A program made the translations under genes and the position numbers. A stretch of 64,000 bases of DNA from a bacterium. Lineage in GTDB: Bacteria; SAR324; XYD2-FULL-50-16. The notes under the pieces were generated by a model, which was not told the DNA's origin, ran no database searches, and saw only the letters and a program-made list of their open reading frames with translations. Positions within the stretch are counted from its first letter, which is position 1, and each line of letters begins with the position of its first letter. The stretch is from assembly GCA_032250835.1 (NCBI GenBank), contig JAVVEA010000018.1, forward strand, positions 1 through 64,000. Direction: 5' to 3'. Shown here piece after piece: positions 51,147 to 59,499 of this stretch.

Positions 51147-51340
51147 AACCGTTGGCGCAGCCAACATCCCGTTAGACAACATGACCGCCGCAGGCCGAGG
51201 GCGACGGGCGTAGCGACGCGAGCCGGCGAGCGTTGCCCATATAAACCATCGGCGCAGCCGACTCCCCATAGGGACTTTAGACCAAAGTTAATCCAGCAAG
51301 GGCGGTGGGCGTAGCACGTGAGTATTGCCCAAAAACAGCA
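51092..51340. repeat. Three-copy ~100-bp tandem REP-like repeat rich in GC-GNA-GC mini-hairpins
   Basis: CGAGGGCGACGGGCGTAGCGACGCGAGCCGGCGAGCGTTGCC identical at 51098 and 51196; degenerate copy at 51297. Confidence 0.85.
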
Positions 51341-51420
51341 TCGACGGACCCGATCCAGCCAAAACACTTGAAAAGGAAGTGAAACCTTCAAGGTTTGCCA
51401 AGTTCAGTAAAATTTCGGAC

Positions 51421-51449
51421 TTGGAAGCTGGGGCCAACTGGGGTATAGT
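51421..51449 (+). promoter_or_regulatory. sigma70-type promoter candidate
   Basis: TTGGAA-N17-TATAGT. Confidence 0.45.
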
Positions 51450-51480
51450 GAACTCAAAATGTTCAAAAGAGGAGTTGATT

Positions 51481-51597
51481 ATGTTTGGTCTATTGGGTTT
51501 GCTTTTTGGCGGGAGGCGGTTGGTTCGCCCCCTGAAGCAGCGCGAGGAAAGAAGAGTAGGGGCCGCCGGGCGGCGGCCCGATCGGCTCAATAATTAA
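51481..51597 (+). CDS. Candidate 38-aa small protein
   Basis: GAGGAG-N6-ATG; MFGLLGLLFGGRRLVRPLKQREERRVGAAGRRPDRLNN. Confidence 0.35.
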   Translation: MFGLLGLLFGGRRLVRPLKQREERRVGAAGRRPDRLNN

Positions 51598-52609
51598 CGT
51601 ACATACCTAAGACCCAGCCGGACTCTTTGTCGTCTTGTTGGCTGTCGTCGTCTTTGGTGGACTGGGAAAACAACATCCAGGCCAGCTTTAAATCCCCAAA
51701 TAGATGGGCATAGCCCAACTCGCTTCGGTTCGTTAACGTGGCGTTGGTGCTGCCATCGGTGTCGCTCTTAGAAGTGCCCGAGAAGCTAACGCCCGCCCGA
51801 TCCCCAATCGGAAAATCAAGCGATAGGTTAGCGCGGGTCGAAACCTCGGCGTCCGCTGCTTTTTCGGCTTTGCTGCTGATTTGTTCAGCCTGCAAGGCTA
51901 AAAGCATCATATCCATATTAAAGCCCATCCCGAAGGTCACTACTTGCTCGGTATAGTTGCCCTGGGCCAAGGCCTCTGCGCTGGGGTCTTTGTTCTCATC
52001 GATCTGGTTGCTAACCACGACCGCGGCAAAACTGAGCTGCAACCAGTCAAATTCATTGTTGTAGTAGGTGGCAAAAACAGTGCGGTCCACCGATTCCGTT
52101 GCTTCTGGGTTGTCCTCGTCGGCACGGTGAGCCGCAGTGCGTGCCCCGAAGTTGATGTTTAGGCCCAATTCCTCAAACTCGGCACCCATATAGCGATCCT
52201 GGGCCGAGTAGACCCCAAAGTAGTTGTCATCGGATTTAAAGGGGAGGTACTCCATCCCTAAAGAAACATCACTAGGGTCGTAAAATCCCATCTTATACAT
52301 TATCCCCTTGCGAGCCAAAGAGCCGTACAACTGGTAGACGGCAAGGTCGGCATCGCTCACTTCAAAAGCCAAGGTCACGGCCGTATTATAACGTTCGAAA
52401 GGCTTGCCGACCTGTAATCCGAACAGGCCATATTGGGACTGATTGAGGCTGGAAACCTTGCTGTCGCCTGATTCGCTGGTCGTCGAGTTTAGGCTGAGGA
52501 AATATTCGGCTTCGGGTGTGATGCTGATTTCTTCTTCAGCGGCCCAAGCCACCTGAGTGAAGCATAAAAAACAGCCCAAAGCGAAGGCGAAGCGTTTTAG
52601 CGGCGTCAT
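51587..52609 (-). CDS. Putative outer-membrane porin/beta-barrel
   Basis: Signal peptide ending AWA, acidic loops, amphipathic strands, C-terminal MYVNY. Confidence 0.7.
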   Translation of the reverse strand: MTPLKRFAFALGCFLCFTQVAWAAEEEISITPEAEYFLSLNSTTSESGDSKVSSLNQSQYGLFGLQVGKPFERYNTAVTLAFEVSDADLAVYQLYGSLARKGIMYKMGFYDPSDVSLGMEYLPFKSDDNYFGVYSAQDRYMGAEFEELGLNINFGARTAAHRADEDNPEATESVDRTVFATYYNNEFDWLQLSFAAVVVSNQIDENKDPSAEALAQGNYTEQVVTFGMGFNMDMMLLALQAEQISSKAEKAADAEVSTRANLSLDFPIGDRAGVSFSGTSKSDTDGSTNATLTNRSELGYAHLFGDLKLAWMLFSQSTKDDDSQQDDKESGWVLGMYVNY

Positions 52610-52792
52610 GGGAATCTCTCTTTAGGGATAGGCTTAAGTCATCCGTTATTTTGCCTGGGGAATGTAACATTCTTTATCCGTTAAGCCAAGCCTTTGGGTG
52701 TTATTACATCCCTCGATTGACAGGCACCTTGGTTGTTGAAAGAATCTTCCCAAAATTCAAATGTTCAGATTTAACTCAGGCAACTCTTGATC

Positions 52793-53767
52793 ATGAAAAG
52801 ATTCTTGGCAGCTTTGGTCGGTTGTTTCTTGGGTTTTTCACTTTCGGCGCAAACGCCCCTATTCAGTACGCCCCCGCGCGATTTGGTCTTCGAGCAGGCA
52901 AATCAGCCCTTAATCGATTTAGGGCGGCAGCTGTTTTTTGATCCTCGGCTTTCAGGCAACGATCAACTTGCTTGCGCCAGTTGCCATGTGCCCGAATTGG
53001 GCTTTGGCGACGGCCAAGCCAAGAGCCGCGGAGTTGCCGGGACGCTACTGGGCCGCCACACGCCCCACCTAAACAATCTGGAGCCTCAGGGGTTGATGTT
53101 TTGGGATGGAAGGGTCAAGGGGCTGGCGGAACAGGCGCTAGGACCGATTTCGAACCCGCAGGAAATGGGGATGCCACTAGACCAACTGGTGCCTAAATTG
53201 ATGAAGGTGCCGGGCTACCAAAAGCAATTTGACGCTCTCTTTGGTTCTGGTACCACTCCGCAGGATATAGGGCGGGCCCTGGCGGCTTTCGAAGCGACTC
53301 TAGTCAGCCGCAATGCACCTTTAGACCGCTACTTGGCCGGAGATCCAAAGGCCCTTAGCCCCTCGGCCTTGCGGGGCCTGAAGCTCTTCGGCGGCAAGGC
53401 TGGCTGTGGTCGCTGCCATTCGGGGCCGAACTTGACAGACGGCGGGTTCCATAACATCGGCCTGATTGGGGATGACCCTGGCCGGTTTGCACTTACCTCA
53501 ATCCCCGTCAACCAAGGGGCCTTTAAGACGCCGGGCTTACGTAATGTGGCCCTGAGTGCACCTTACATGCATGATGGCTCCTTAGGTACCTTGGGCCAAG
53601 TGGTGGATTATTATAACCGCGGCGGAGACTCTAGTCCGCACCAAAGCCCTTTGATCGAAGCCCTGCACCTAAGCGCCCGTGAACAAGCCGATTTAGTGGC
53701 TTTTTTGGAGGCGTTGAGCGACCCGATTGCATTAAGGCGACCTAACTTACCTGGAGAACGACCATGA
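52793..53767 (+). CDS. Diheme cytochrome c peroxidase superfamily protein, MauG-type
   Basis: LGRQLFFDPRLS, CASCH, FWDGR, CGRCH, FKTPGLRNV..SAPYMHDG, VVDYY. Confidence 0.92.
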   Translation: MKRFLAALVGCFLGFSLSAQTPLFSTPPRDLVFEQANQPLIDLGRQLFFDPRLSGNDQLACASCHVPELGFGDGQAKSRGVAGTLLGRHTPHLNNLEPQGLMFWDGRVKGLAEQALGPISNPQEMGMPLDQLVPKLMKVPGYQKQFDALFGSGTTPQDIGRALAAFEATLVSRNAPLDRYLAGDPKALSPSALRGLKLFGGKAGCGRCHSGPNLTDGGFHNIGLIGDDPGRFALTSIPVNQGAFKTPGLRNVALSAPYMHDGSLGTLGQVVDYYNRGGDSSPHQSPLIEALHLSAREQADLVAFLEALSDPIALRRPNLPGERP

Positions 53768-54204
53768 AAGGGCTATGGATATGCCTTGTTTGGATGCTTT
53801 GTGGCGCGCAGTCAAGTTGGGCCGCATCCAGTCATTGGATGGATCAGCTATATCTCTATTTAGAGCACGATGCCTTCCGGATGGAAAAGTGCAAAACCCC
53901 CACCAAGGGCATTGTTTGTGGGGCCGACAATGACAAATTGGTGTTATACGCCGAGACCGACGGGCCCGACGGGTTTATTTTGTTTATCAAAGAACGCTTT
54001 GAAGAGAATCAGCCCTTTAGACTGCATCTGCTCCAGGTTCGCTTTACCCACCGCGACGGGATGATCTTAAGCGACGTGACGGACTTTTACGAAGACTACC
54101 CCCGCCGGATCAAGGGGGCTCAAACTCAGTTGGTAGTACGGCGGTGGCTGCAAGACATCCAAAAGGCGATCAACCCGACCTTCCCCTTCCCGCCGCTTAA
54201 ATAG
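53764..54204 (+). CDS. Hypothetical secreted protein coupled to the diheme enzyme
   Basis: ATGA overlap, GGAG SD, signal peptide ending SWA. Confidence 0.75.
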   Translation: MKGLWICLVWMLCGAQSSWAASSHWMDQLYLYLEHDAFRMEKCKTPTKGIVCGADNDKLVLYAETDGPDGFILFIKERFEENQPFRLHLLQVRFTHRDGMILSDVTDFYEDYPRRIKGAQTQLVVRRWLQDIQKAINPTFPFPPLK

Positions 54205-54293
54205 GTCTTGGTCTTATGGCACCTAGGGGATTCCCCTGCTTGTGGAGGCCATATCAAAGTTGTTATTGTGTTTGAAAATAACCTAGTAAATTT

Positions 54294-55928
54294 TTGGTGG
54301 AACCGATGGTCCGTTTTGTCTTCCCCCTGCCGGGAGACCAACGCATAGACCTTAAGGCCGAATTGGCTTTGATGGTCCTGTTGTTGGTTGGCATGGGGCT
54401 ATTTTTTTGGGTCGAAGCTCGCTGGGACAGGGAGCGGGAGGCTCTGGCGCGGGCGCATTTTGAAGACCGCGTTTCGCAGACCCTGGATCGGTTGGAGGGA
54501 GAAGGCTTTCATTTGGACCTGTTGGCTCGATCCGGTGCCGCCTTTTTGCATTCTAGTCCCAGAGGCAACGGCTGGGACCCCTTTGTTTTGAATCTGGACC
54601 TAAAACACCAATACCCCTATCTTCGCTCGCTAGTCTATCTCACCTCGGTGGACCAACAACATTTTGTGATGTCCGCCTCGGCACCGCGCGGTCCTTTGGC
54701 GAAATTGGAAGGCACGTCGATAGGGTTACAAAAGGCTGAAAAGGCGGCGATTTTAGAGTCTCTTAACCAAGACCAACTACGCACCAGCCCACCGAGCCCC
54801 AGCCCACTATTTCCCGGCAGCCTGCGCGGTTTTTGGTTCTTCTTGCCACATTATGGCAGCCACCAGCATATTGGTTGGATTTCCGGTTGGGTGGATTTGC
54901 AGCAATATCTTGAGGCCGCTCTGGGCATCCAGGCCAATGAGTTGCATTTAAGCCTGAGTCTAGCAGGCGAAACCTTTTACCAAAGCGAGACGCCAACCAG
55001 CCCCGCCTTGGATTTCTTGCAAAGTCGGGCGGACATTATCTTAGGCGGGCAGGTGTGGCACCTAGTACTTAAGCCTAGCCCGCAGTTTTTTGAAGCCCAT
55101 CGTCTCTTGTTGGGCAGTGGGCACGGTCGCTGGAGTGCGGCTCTGGTGTTGGGATTGGTCGGATGGTCTTTGCTGCGGTTGTTGTTGTATTCCGGCTTTG
55201 TGGTGCGCAGCCGCCGCCAGCAATTACGAGATACGTTGCAGGCTAAGGAACAGCTTTATAGTCTGATCGCCCACGACCTTAAAAGCCCCTTCAACAGCCT
55301 ATTAACCACCAGCAGCTTGTTGATGAATGAAGGGGCTGGGTTGAGCAAAGAAGAAGTCCAACCTTTGTATCAGGGGCTCTACCACACGGCCAGCTTAGCC
55401 TATACGTTGCTGAATAACTTGATCCAGTGGGCTCAGCGGCAAGAGGGGGCCTTAGTAGCCGCACCCGAGCCGTTAAACCTCTGGGAGTTGGTCGAAGAAA
55501 ACCGGCAGCTTTTAGAGGCTTCGGCGGCCCGTAAAAATATTCGGATTTCCAATAATCTCAGCCATGATTTAAGGGCCTGGGGGGACCGTAACATGGTCTT
55601 GGCAGTACTACGCAACCTACTCAGCAATGCCGTTAAGTTTACCGGCAACTCAGGGCAGGTGTCGGTGGATTTTGAGGTAAAGGGCAATGAAGCGCTGGTG
55701 TCCGTGTCGGATACTGGGATCGGGATCGGGGCTCCACGCCTAGCCCAATTGCGCCAAGGCGAAGATGCGGGTTCTCGGCCGGGGACCGAGCAGGAAGTCG
55801 GCACGGGACTGGGTCTGTTGCTTTGCCGCGACTTTATCGCTCAACAGGGCGGACGCCTTGAAATCGATAGTCAATTAGGCCAAGGGAGCCGGTTTGCCTT
55901 TTATTTGCCGCTCTCGCCCCAGGCCTAA
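54294..55928 (+). CDS. Membrane sensor histidine kinase with CHASE-like periplasmic domain
   Basis: Two TM; AHDLKSP, NLLSNAVKFT, DTGIG, GTGLGL; start uncertain. Confidence 0.88.
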   Translation: MVEPMVRFVFPLPGDQRIDLKAELALMVLLLVGMGLFFWVEARWDREREALARAHFEDRVSQTLDRLEGEGFHLDLLARSGAAFLHSSPRGNGWDPFVLNLDLKHQYPYLRSLVYLTSVDQQHFVMSASAPRGPLAKLEGTSIGLQKAEKAAILESLNQDQLRTSPPSPSPLFPGSLRGFWFFLPHYGSHQHIGWISGWVDLQQYLEAALGIQANELHLSLSLAGETFYQSETPTSPALDFLQSRADIILGGQVWHLVLKPSPQFFEAHRLLLGSGHGRWSAALVLGLVGWSLLRLLLYSGFVVRSRRQQLRDTLQAKEQLYSLIAHDLKSPFNSLLTTSSLLMNEGAGLSKEEVQPLYQGLYHTASLAYTLLNNLIQWAQRQEGALVAAPEPLNLWELVEENRQLLEASAARKNIRISNNLSHDLRAWGDRNMVLAVLRNLLSNAVKFTGNSGQVSVDFEVKGNEALVSVSDTGIGIGAPRLAQLRQGEDAGSRPGTEQEVGTGLGLLLCRDFIAQQGGRLEIDSQLGQGSRFAFYLPLSPQA

Positions 55929-56051
55929 GTAGCTGGGGTCAGACAAATTTGCCGGTAAAGTCCTTGTTTCCAGCCGTCAAAGCGGGTACAAGGGAAAAAG
56001 AGCCAAAAGATCCCGTTGATCGAAAGATTACCTCAGCAAGTCAAGAGTCTC

Positions 56052-56420
56052 ATGAGCAAAAAAGTGTTGGTTGTGGATGACCACCCGATCACCCGGCAGT
56101 TGACGATCAAGATTCTAAAGCAGTTAGATATTGAAGACGTCAGCGAGGCAGGGAACGGGCGCGAAGCCTTAGACTTTTTGGCGGAAAACACCGTGGCCTT
56201 GATTTTATTGGACCTGTCCATGCCGGTTATGGATGGCACTGAGATGCTGCGCCAGATGAAGGCAGACGACCGGTTTGCGCAGATCCCCGTGGTGATGGTT
56301 ACCGCCGCCGTCGAGCAGTACCGCGTCGATGAAGCTCTGGAATTGGGGGCCGCTTCTTGTCTACTTAAGCCCATCGCTAAACAACCCCTGTCCGACGTGG
56401 TTAGCCGTTTCTTGGCTTAG
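56052..56420 (+). CDS. Single-domain CheY-like response regulator
   Basis: DD, LDLSMPVMDG, VTA, LLKP. Confidence 0.9.
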   Translation: MSKKVLVVDDHPITRQLTIKILKQLDIEDVSEAGNGREALDFLAENTVALILLDLSMPVMDGTEMLRQMKADDRFAQIPVVMVTAAVEQYRVDEALELGAASCLLKPIAKQPLSDVVSRFLA

Positions 56421-56440
56421 TGAGCCCGCCTTCTTTGCAT

Positions 56441-57370
56441 TTATAGGGACAACGCCCCGCAGTCCCCTTGGGGACATTCCTCTTCTTCCAATTCGATTTC
56501 CAAAGTCGCGTGGTCTATGCCCAGTTGGGCAACTAGCTGTTTGATCTGGGTCTTTAGGTCTTTGTGCTCTTTTTCAGACGAGTGGTTGGGCACCACTAAA
56601 TGGCAGGTAAGGACGTGGTAATTACCGTCCATGGTCCAAAGATGGGTGTCGTGTAAGGCGGTGATTCCGGGGGTAGCCAGGATTTGGCCCTGCAACTCCG
56701 CTAGGCTGATCCCTTCGGGGGTTTTCATCAGCAAGATCCGTAAGGTTGAGCGCAGTGCACGGAAGACTTGCACCAACAAAAAGGCAGAGAAAAGGATCGA
56801 AAAGAGCGGGTCTAAGATGGGTAGGTCCCATACCATCATCACCCCACTGACGACCAGCAATGCCACCCATCCAAAGAGGTCTTCCAGCAAATGCAGGGAG
56901 ACCATTTTTTGGTTGAGGCTGTCGGTATTTTTTAGCTTAAAAAAGCCCGCTCCGTTGACCAACACCCCTAACACAGCTAGGCCCAGCATGCCCGGAGCGT
57001 AGGGTTGAACCGGGTCTTGCAGGCGTTGAAGCGCTTCAGTTAAAATCCAGATGGAACCACCTGCTAAGATCATTGCGTTGATCAGCGCCCCCAGCAAGGA
57101 GAAGCGGCGGTAGCCGTAAGAATAATGTTGGTCACTACCCTGTTTTGCCTTGCGTTCTAAAAACCAGCTCAACCCTAAGGCCAGGGCATCGCCCGCATCA
57201 TGCAGCGCATCGGAGAGGATCGCCAAACTGCCGGTCCAAAGCCCGCCGACCAACTCAACTAACGCAAAGCCCAGGTTGAGCGCTAAGGCTAAACCAATAT
57301 TCCTACTGGCCGGGTCGTGGTGGTGGCTATGGTGATGATGTGGGTGCCTTGGGGGCGTAGGGTCGGACAT
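56441..57370 (-). CDS. czcD: CDF family Zn/Co/Cd efflux transporter (CzcD/ZitB-like)
   Basis: His-rich N-terminus, SDALHD, YSYGYRR, HLLED, LHDTHLW. Confidence 0.92.
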   Translation of the reverse strand: MSDPTPPRHPHHHHSHHHDPASRNIGLALALNLGFALVELVGGLWTGSLAILSDALHDAGDALALGLSWFLERKAKQGSDQHYSYGYRRFSLLGALINAMILAGGSIWILTEALQRLQDPVQPYAPGMLGLAVLGVLVNGAGFFKLKNTDSLNQKMVSLHLLEDLFGWVALLVVSGVMMVWDLPILDPLFSILFSAFLLVQVFRALRSTLRILLMKTPEGISLAELQGQILATPGITALHDTHLWTMDGNYHVLTCHLVVPNHSSEKEHKDLKTQIKQLVAQLGIDHATLEIELEEEECPQGDCGALSL

Positions 57371-57421
57371 AAATTACCTCTTTTTTCTAGATTCGCCCGA
57401 AAGAAACCTGCGGTCAAGGAC

Positions 57422-57536
57422 TCAAGTTTTGTCCGCAAATACCGATAGAGAAACAAAGCCCTCTATGCGCCCAATGGGTGCTCCGGCGCGTGACCTTAAA
57501 ATATAGACTAAAGTTTTGAGGCCCCCGTGCCGTTAA
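57422..57536 (+). promoter_or_regulatory. Two tandem sigma28 (FliA)-like promoters
   Basis: TCAA-N15-ACCGATAG (57422-57448) and TAAA-N16-GCCGTTAA (57509-57536), both with AAGTTTTG. Confidence 0.5.
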
Positions 57537-57576
57537 AGAGGAAATTGGTTCAAATGGACCCCAACCGAAGGGAGAT

Positions 57577-57993
57577 ATGAGGAAACAAGCATTCCTGCTC
57601 CGATTGGTTCTGGCCTTTGTGCTGGTCTTTTTGTTTATTGGCGAGGCGAGTTATAGCCAGACCGACAAACGAGAGATGCAGGAGAACGTCTACACCACCT
57701 GGGTGAAACTAGCCATGTTGGGCAAGAACCAGGCGGAAATTGAGTCGTACTTTCTGCGTAAGATCGGTCCCGAGGAGTTAGAACTAGTCAAAGCGCGAAT
57801 CCGCAATACGGTGCTGGACAACCTGCGGCGCTCGGGCTTAGAGGCGAAGATCAATGCCTCTTATGACCTGGACGACCTCAACGTTGTGGTCAGTCGCGTC
57901 TTGATTGAGATTCGTTACGTCGGCTTGGAGCACGACGATGACTTGGTGCAAACCATTAAGGAAGAATTTGGGATCACTTTAGGACGCCTTTAG
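57577..57993 (+). CDS. Hypothetical exported helical protein
   Basis: GGAG SD, signal peptide, 138 aa. Confidence 0.75.
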   Translation: MRKQAFLLRLVLAFVLVFLFIGEASYSQTDKREMQENVYTTWVKLAMLGKNQAEIESYFLRKIGPEELELVKARIRNTVLDNLRRSGLEAKINASYDLDDLNVVVSRVLIEIRYVGLEHDDDLVQTIKEEFGITLGRL

Positions 57994-58145
57994 GGTCTTA
58001 AGGAAATTTACCACCGCTGTTGTTGGGGCCGTTTATAGGGCCGCAGGAGGTTCCTTAGGCCCCAACAGAAGATGAACGCCATTTCATTTGAGCTTCAGCT
58101 TAACTTCATTTTGGGAGTGTAGCTTAGAGCCCGTACCTTGTGGTA

Positions 58146-58261
58146 TCAAAGTCAGGTTCGAAAGCAGTCGGAACCTCGGGGTTGACCTTGCTCCGGTGGA
58201 ATCGGTTGACCTACTTTGAGGGCCTTCTTCGGTTTCCCTGGCCGAAGGGGGCCTTTTTTTT
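58146..58261 (+). ncRNA. Candidate structured small RNA or leader ending in a strong terminator
   Basis: Consecutive hairpins AGGTTC/GAACCT and CGGGGT/GCTCCG, then terminator; no recognised family. Confidence 0.3.
58221..58261 (+). terminator. Rho-independent terminator
   Basis: GGCCTTCTTCGGT / GCCGAAGGGGGCC stem plus T8. Confidence 0.85.
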
Positions 58262-58352
58262 GCCTCCCCTTGCCCTCTCCTTAGTTCTCTTCGGCTTGAC
58301 AGTAGATTGGCGTCAACGTTAGCTTGATGCGAACCTCAACTGCGGTAGCCCT

Positions 58353-58856
58353 TTGTCTTTTTATTTCGTCCTCTTAGGATTCACTCTCTTTATTGGTTGT
58401 TGGGTTTTGCATCTGCTGTGGTGGCGTGTGAAACGGCCAACTGGCGAGATCAAGCCGCTATTCTTGATTTTTTTGATTTTCCCTTTGCTCCTTTGTGGGG
58501 CCAGCGCCCTTTGGTGGCCCCTGTTGGAGCCCCTGGAACTGGCTTTGGCGGTGACCTTGCACCTGGCGATTGCGGTGGTCTATATCCAGACCTATCCGGC
58601 CATTGCTACCGAAATCCCCAGCTTCCGTATCCTGCGCTTAGCCGAGTCGGCCGGACCGGGCGGCGCTAGCATGGAAGAATTGATCACTCAAATGGGCCAG
58701 GGCGAATTGGTGGGCTCTCGGCAAAGTTTGATGACCGAAGACGGTCTGGTGATCGAAAGTGCCGAAGGGATGAGCTTGACCACCGCCGGTAAACTGTTGG
58801 CAGTAGCCTTCTTGACCTACCGCAAGCTCTTAGGTCTTGGTGAAGGAGGCGGTTGA
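58353..58856 (+). CDS. Hypothetical 3-TM protein with C-terminal wHTH-like segment
   Basis: Three hydrophobic segments then PSFRIL...S.EEL...R...DGLV...LT.AG.LLA..F..YRKLLG; TTG start. Confidence 0.7.
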   Translation: MSFYFVLLGFTLFIGCWVLHLLWWRVKRPTGEIKPLFLIFLIFPLLLCGASALWWPLLEPLELALAVTLHLAIAVVYIQTYPAIATEIPSFRILRLAESAGPGGASMEELITQMGQGELVGSRQSLMTEDGLVIESAEGMSLTTAGKLLAVAFLTYRKLLGLGEGGG

Positions 58857-59377
58857 TGCAAATCAAATGGATGCTGTTGGGGTTGGCTTGGGCCAGCTTA
58901 CCGCTCTTGTTGGTCGTGCACGGCCTATTGGTGCGGGTCTTAAAGGGGAAGTCGGGCCAGAACGTGGTTTTGCTGGCGATCTTGGCGGGCAACCTCCCTT
59001 TCTTGGCACTTTCGGTTTGGTGCCTTTGGCCTATGCGGCCTCAGTTGTTGCTGCCGCTGTTAGCCTATCTGCTGGTGGTCTATCAAGGATTCGGGTACGC
59101 CTATTTCCATTTTTACAACATGAGCGAAACGGCGCGGCGGATCCGGCTGTTGATCCTGATTTATCAGGGGCGTCTGAAGCGCTCTGAGGAAGCGGCATCG
59201 GCTTATTCGCCCGAAGAGATGGTCCGCAACCGACTAGGGCGGTTAACGGCTATGGGGCAGTTGACCCAAAACGAAGTGGGGCGCTATGTGGCTAAAGGCG
59301 GCATCTTGCTATTTGCGGCGAAAATGATAGCCGCTTATCGTCAGTTGCTCGGGCTAGATGACTGGTGTAAGTCTTAA
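58856..59377 (+). CDS. Hypothetical 3-TM protein, apparent paralog of upstream gene
   Basis: TGATG overlap, AAGGAGG SD; RRIRLL...YSPEEMV..RL.RL...GQL...YRQLLGL. Confidence 0.75.
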   Translation: MQIKWMLLGLAWASLPLLLVVHGLLVRVLKGKSGQNVVLLAILAGNLPFLALSVWCLWPMRPQLLLPLLAYLLVVYQGFGYAYFHFYNMSETARRIRLLILIYQGRLKRSEEAASAYSPEEMVRNRLGRLTAMGQLTQNEVGRYVAKGGILLFAAKMIAAYRQLLGLDDWCKS

Positions 59378-59499
59378 TTATATCAGTATATTGTATTTTT
59401 GTGCCCTCAGATTGGCTGAAAGCACATCCCTGTCGGCTCTTTGTTTGAACTTAGGGCACTAAACAGAAAAAGGTACCAAAAGATATGGGCCAAATATAG

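Noticed and set aside
51136-51177. Integron attC site (GCCAAC ... GTTAGAC)
   Set aside because: GTTAGAC fits GTTRRRY but no complementary GTCTAAC inverse core or L boxes are evident; no integrase or cassette array
51098-51340. CRISPR array interpretation of the ~100-bp repeat
   Set aside because: Only three units, similarity extends into the would-be spacers, and there are no cas genes
58151-58170. SRP (4.5S) RNA, from GTCAGG...AAGCAG
   Set aside because: The 3-bp stem and GNRA loop between the motifs are missing and there is no long enclosing helix
58140-58322. 60-aa ORF
   Set aside because: Runs through a strong terminator and has no SD; better explained as RNA structure
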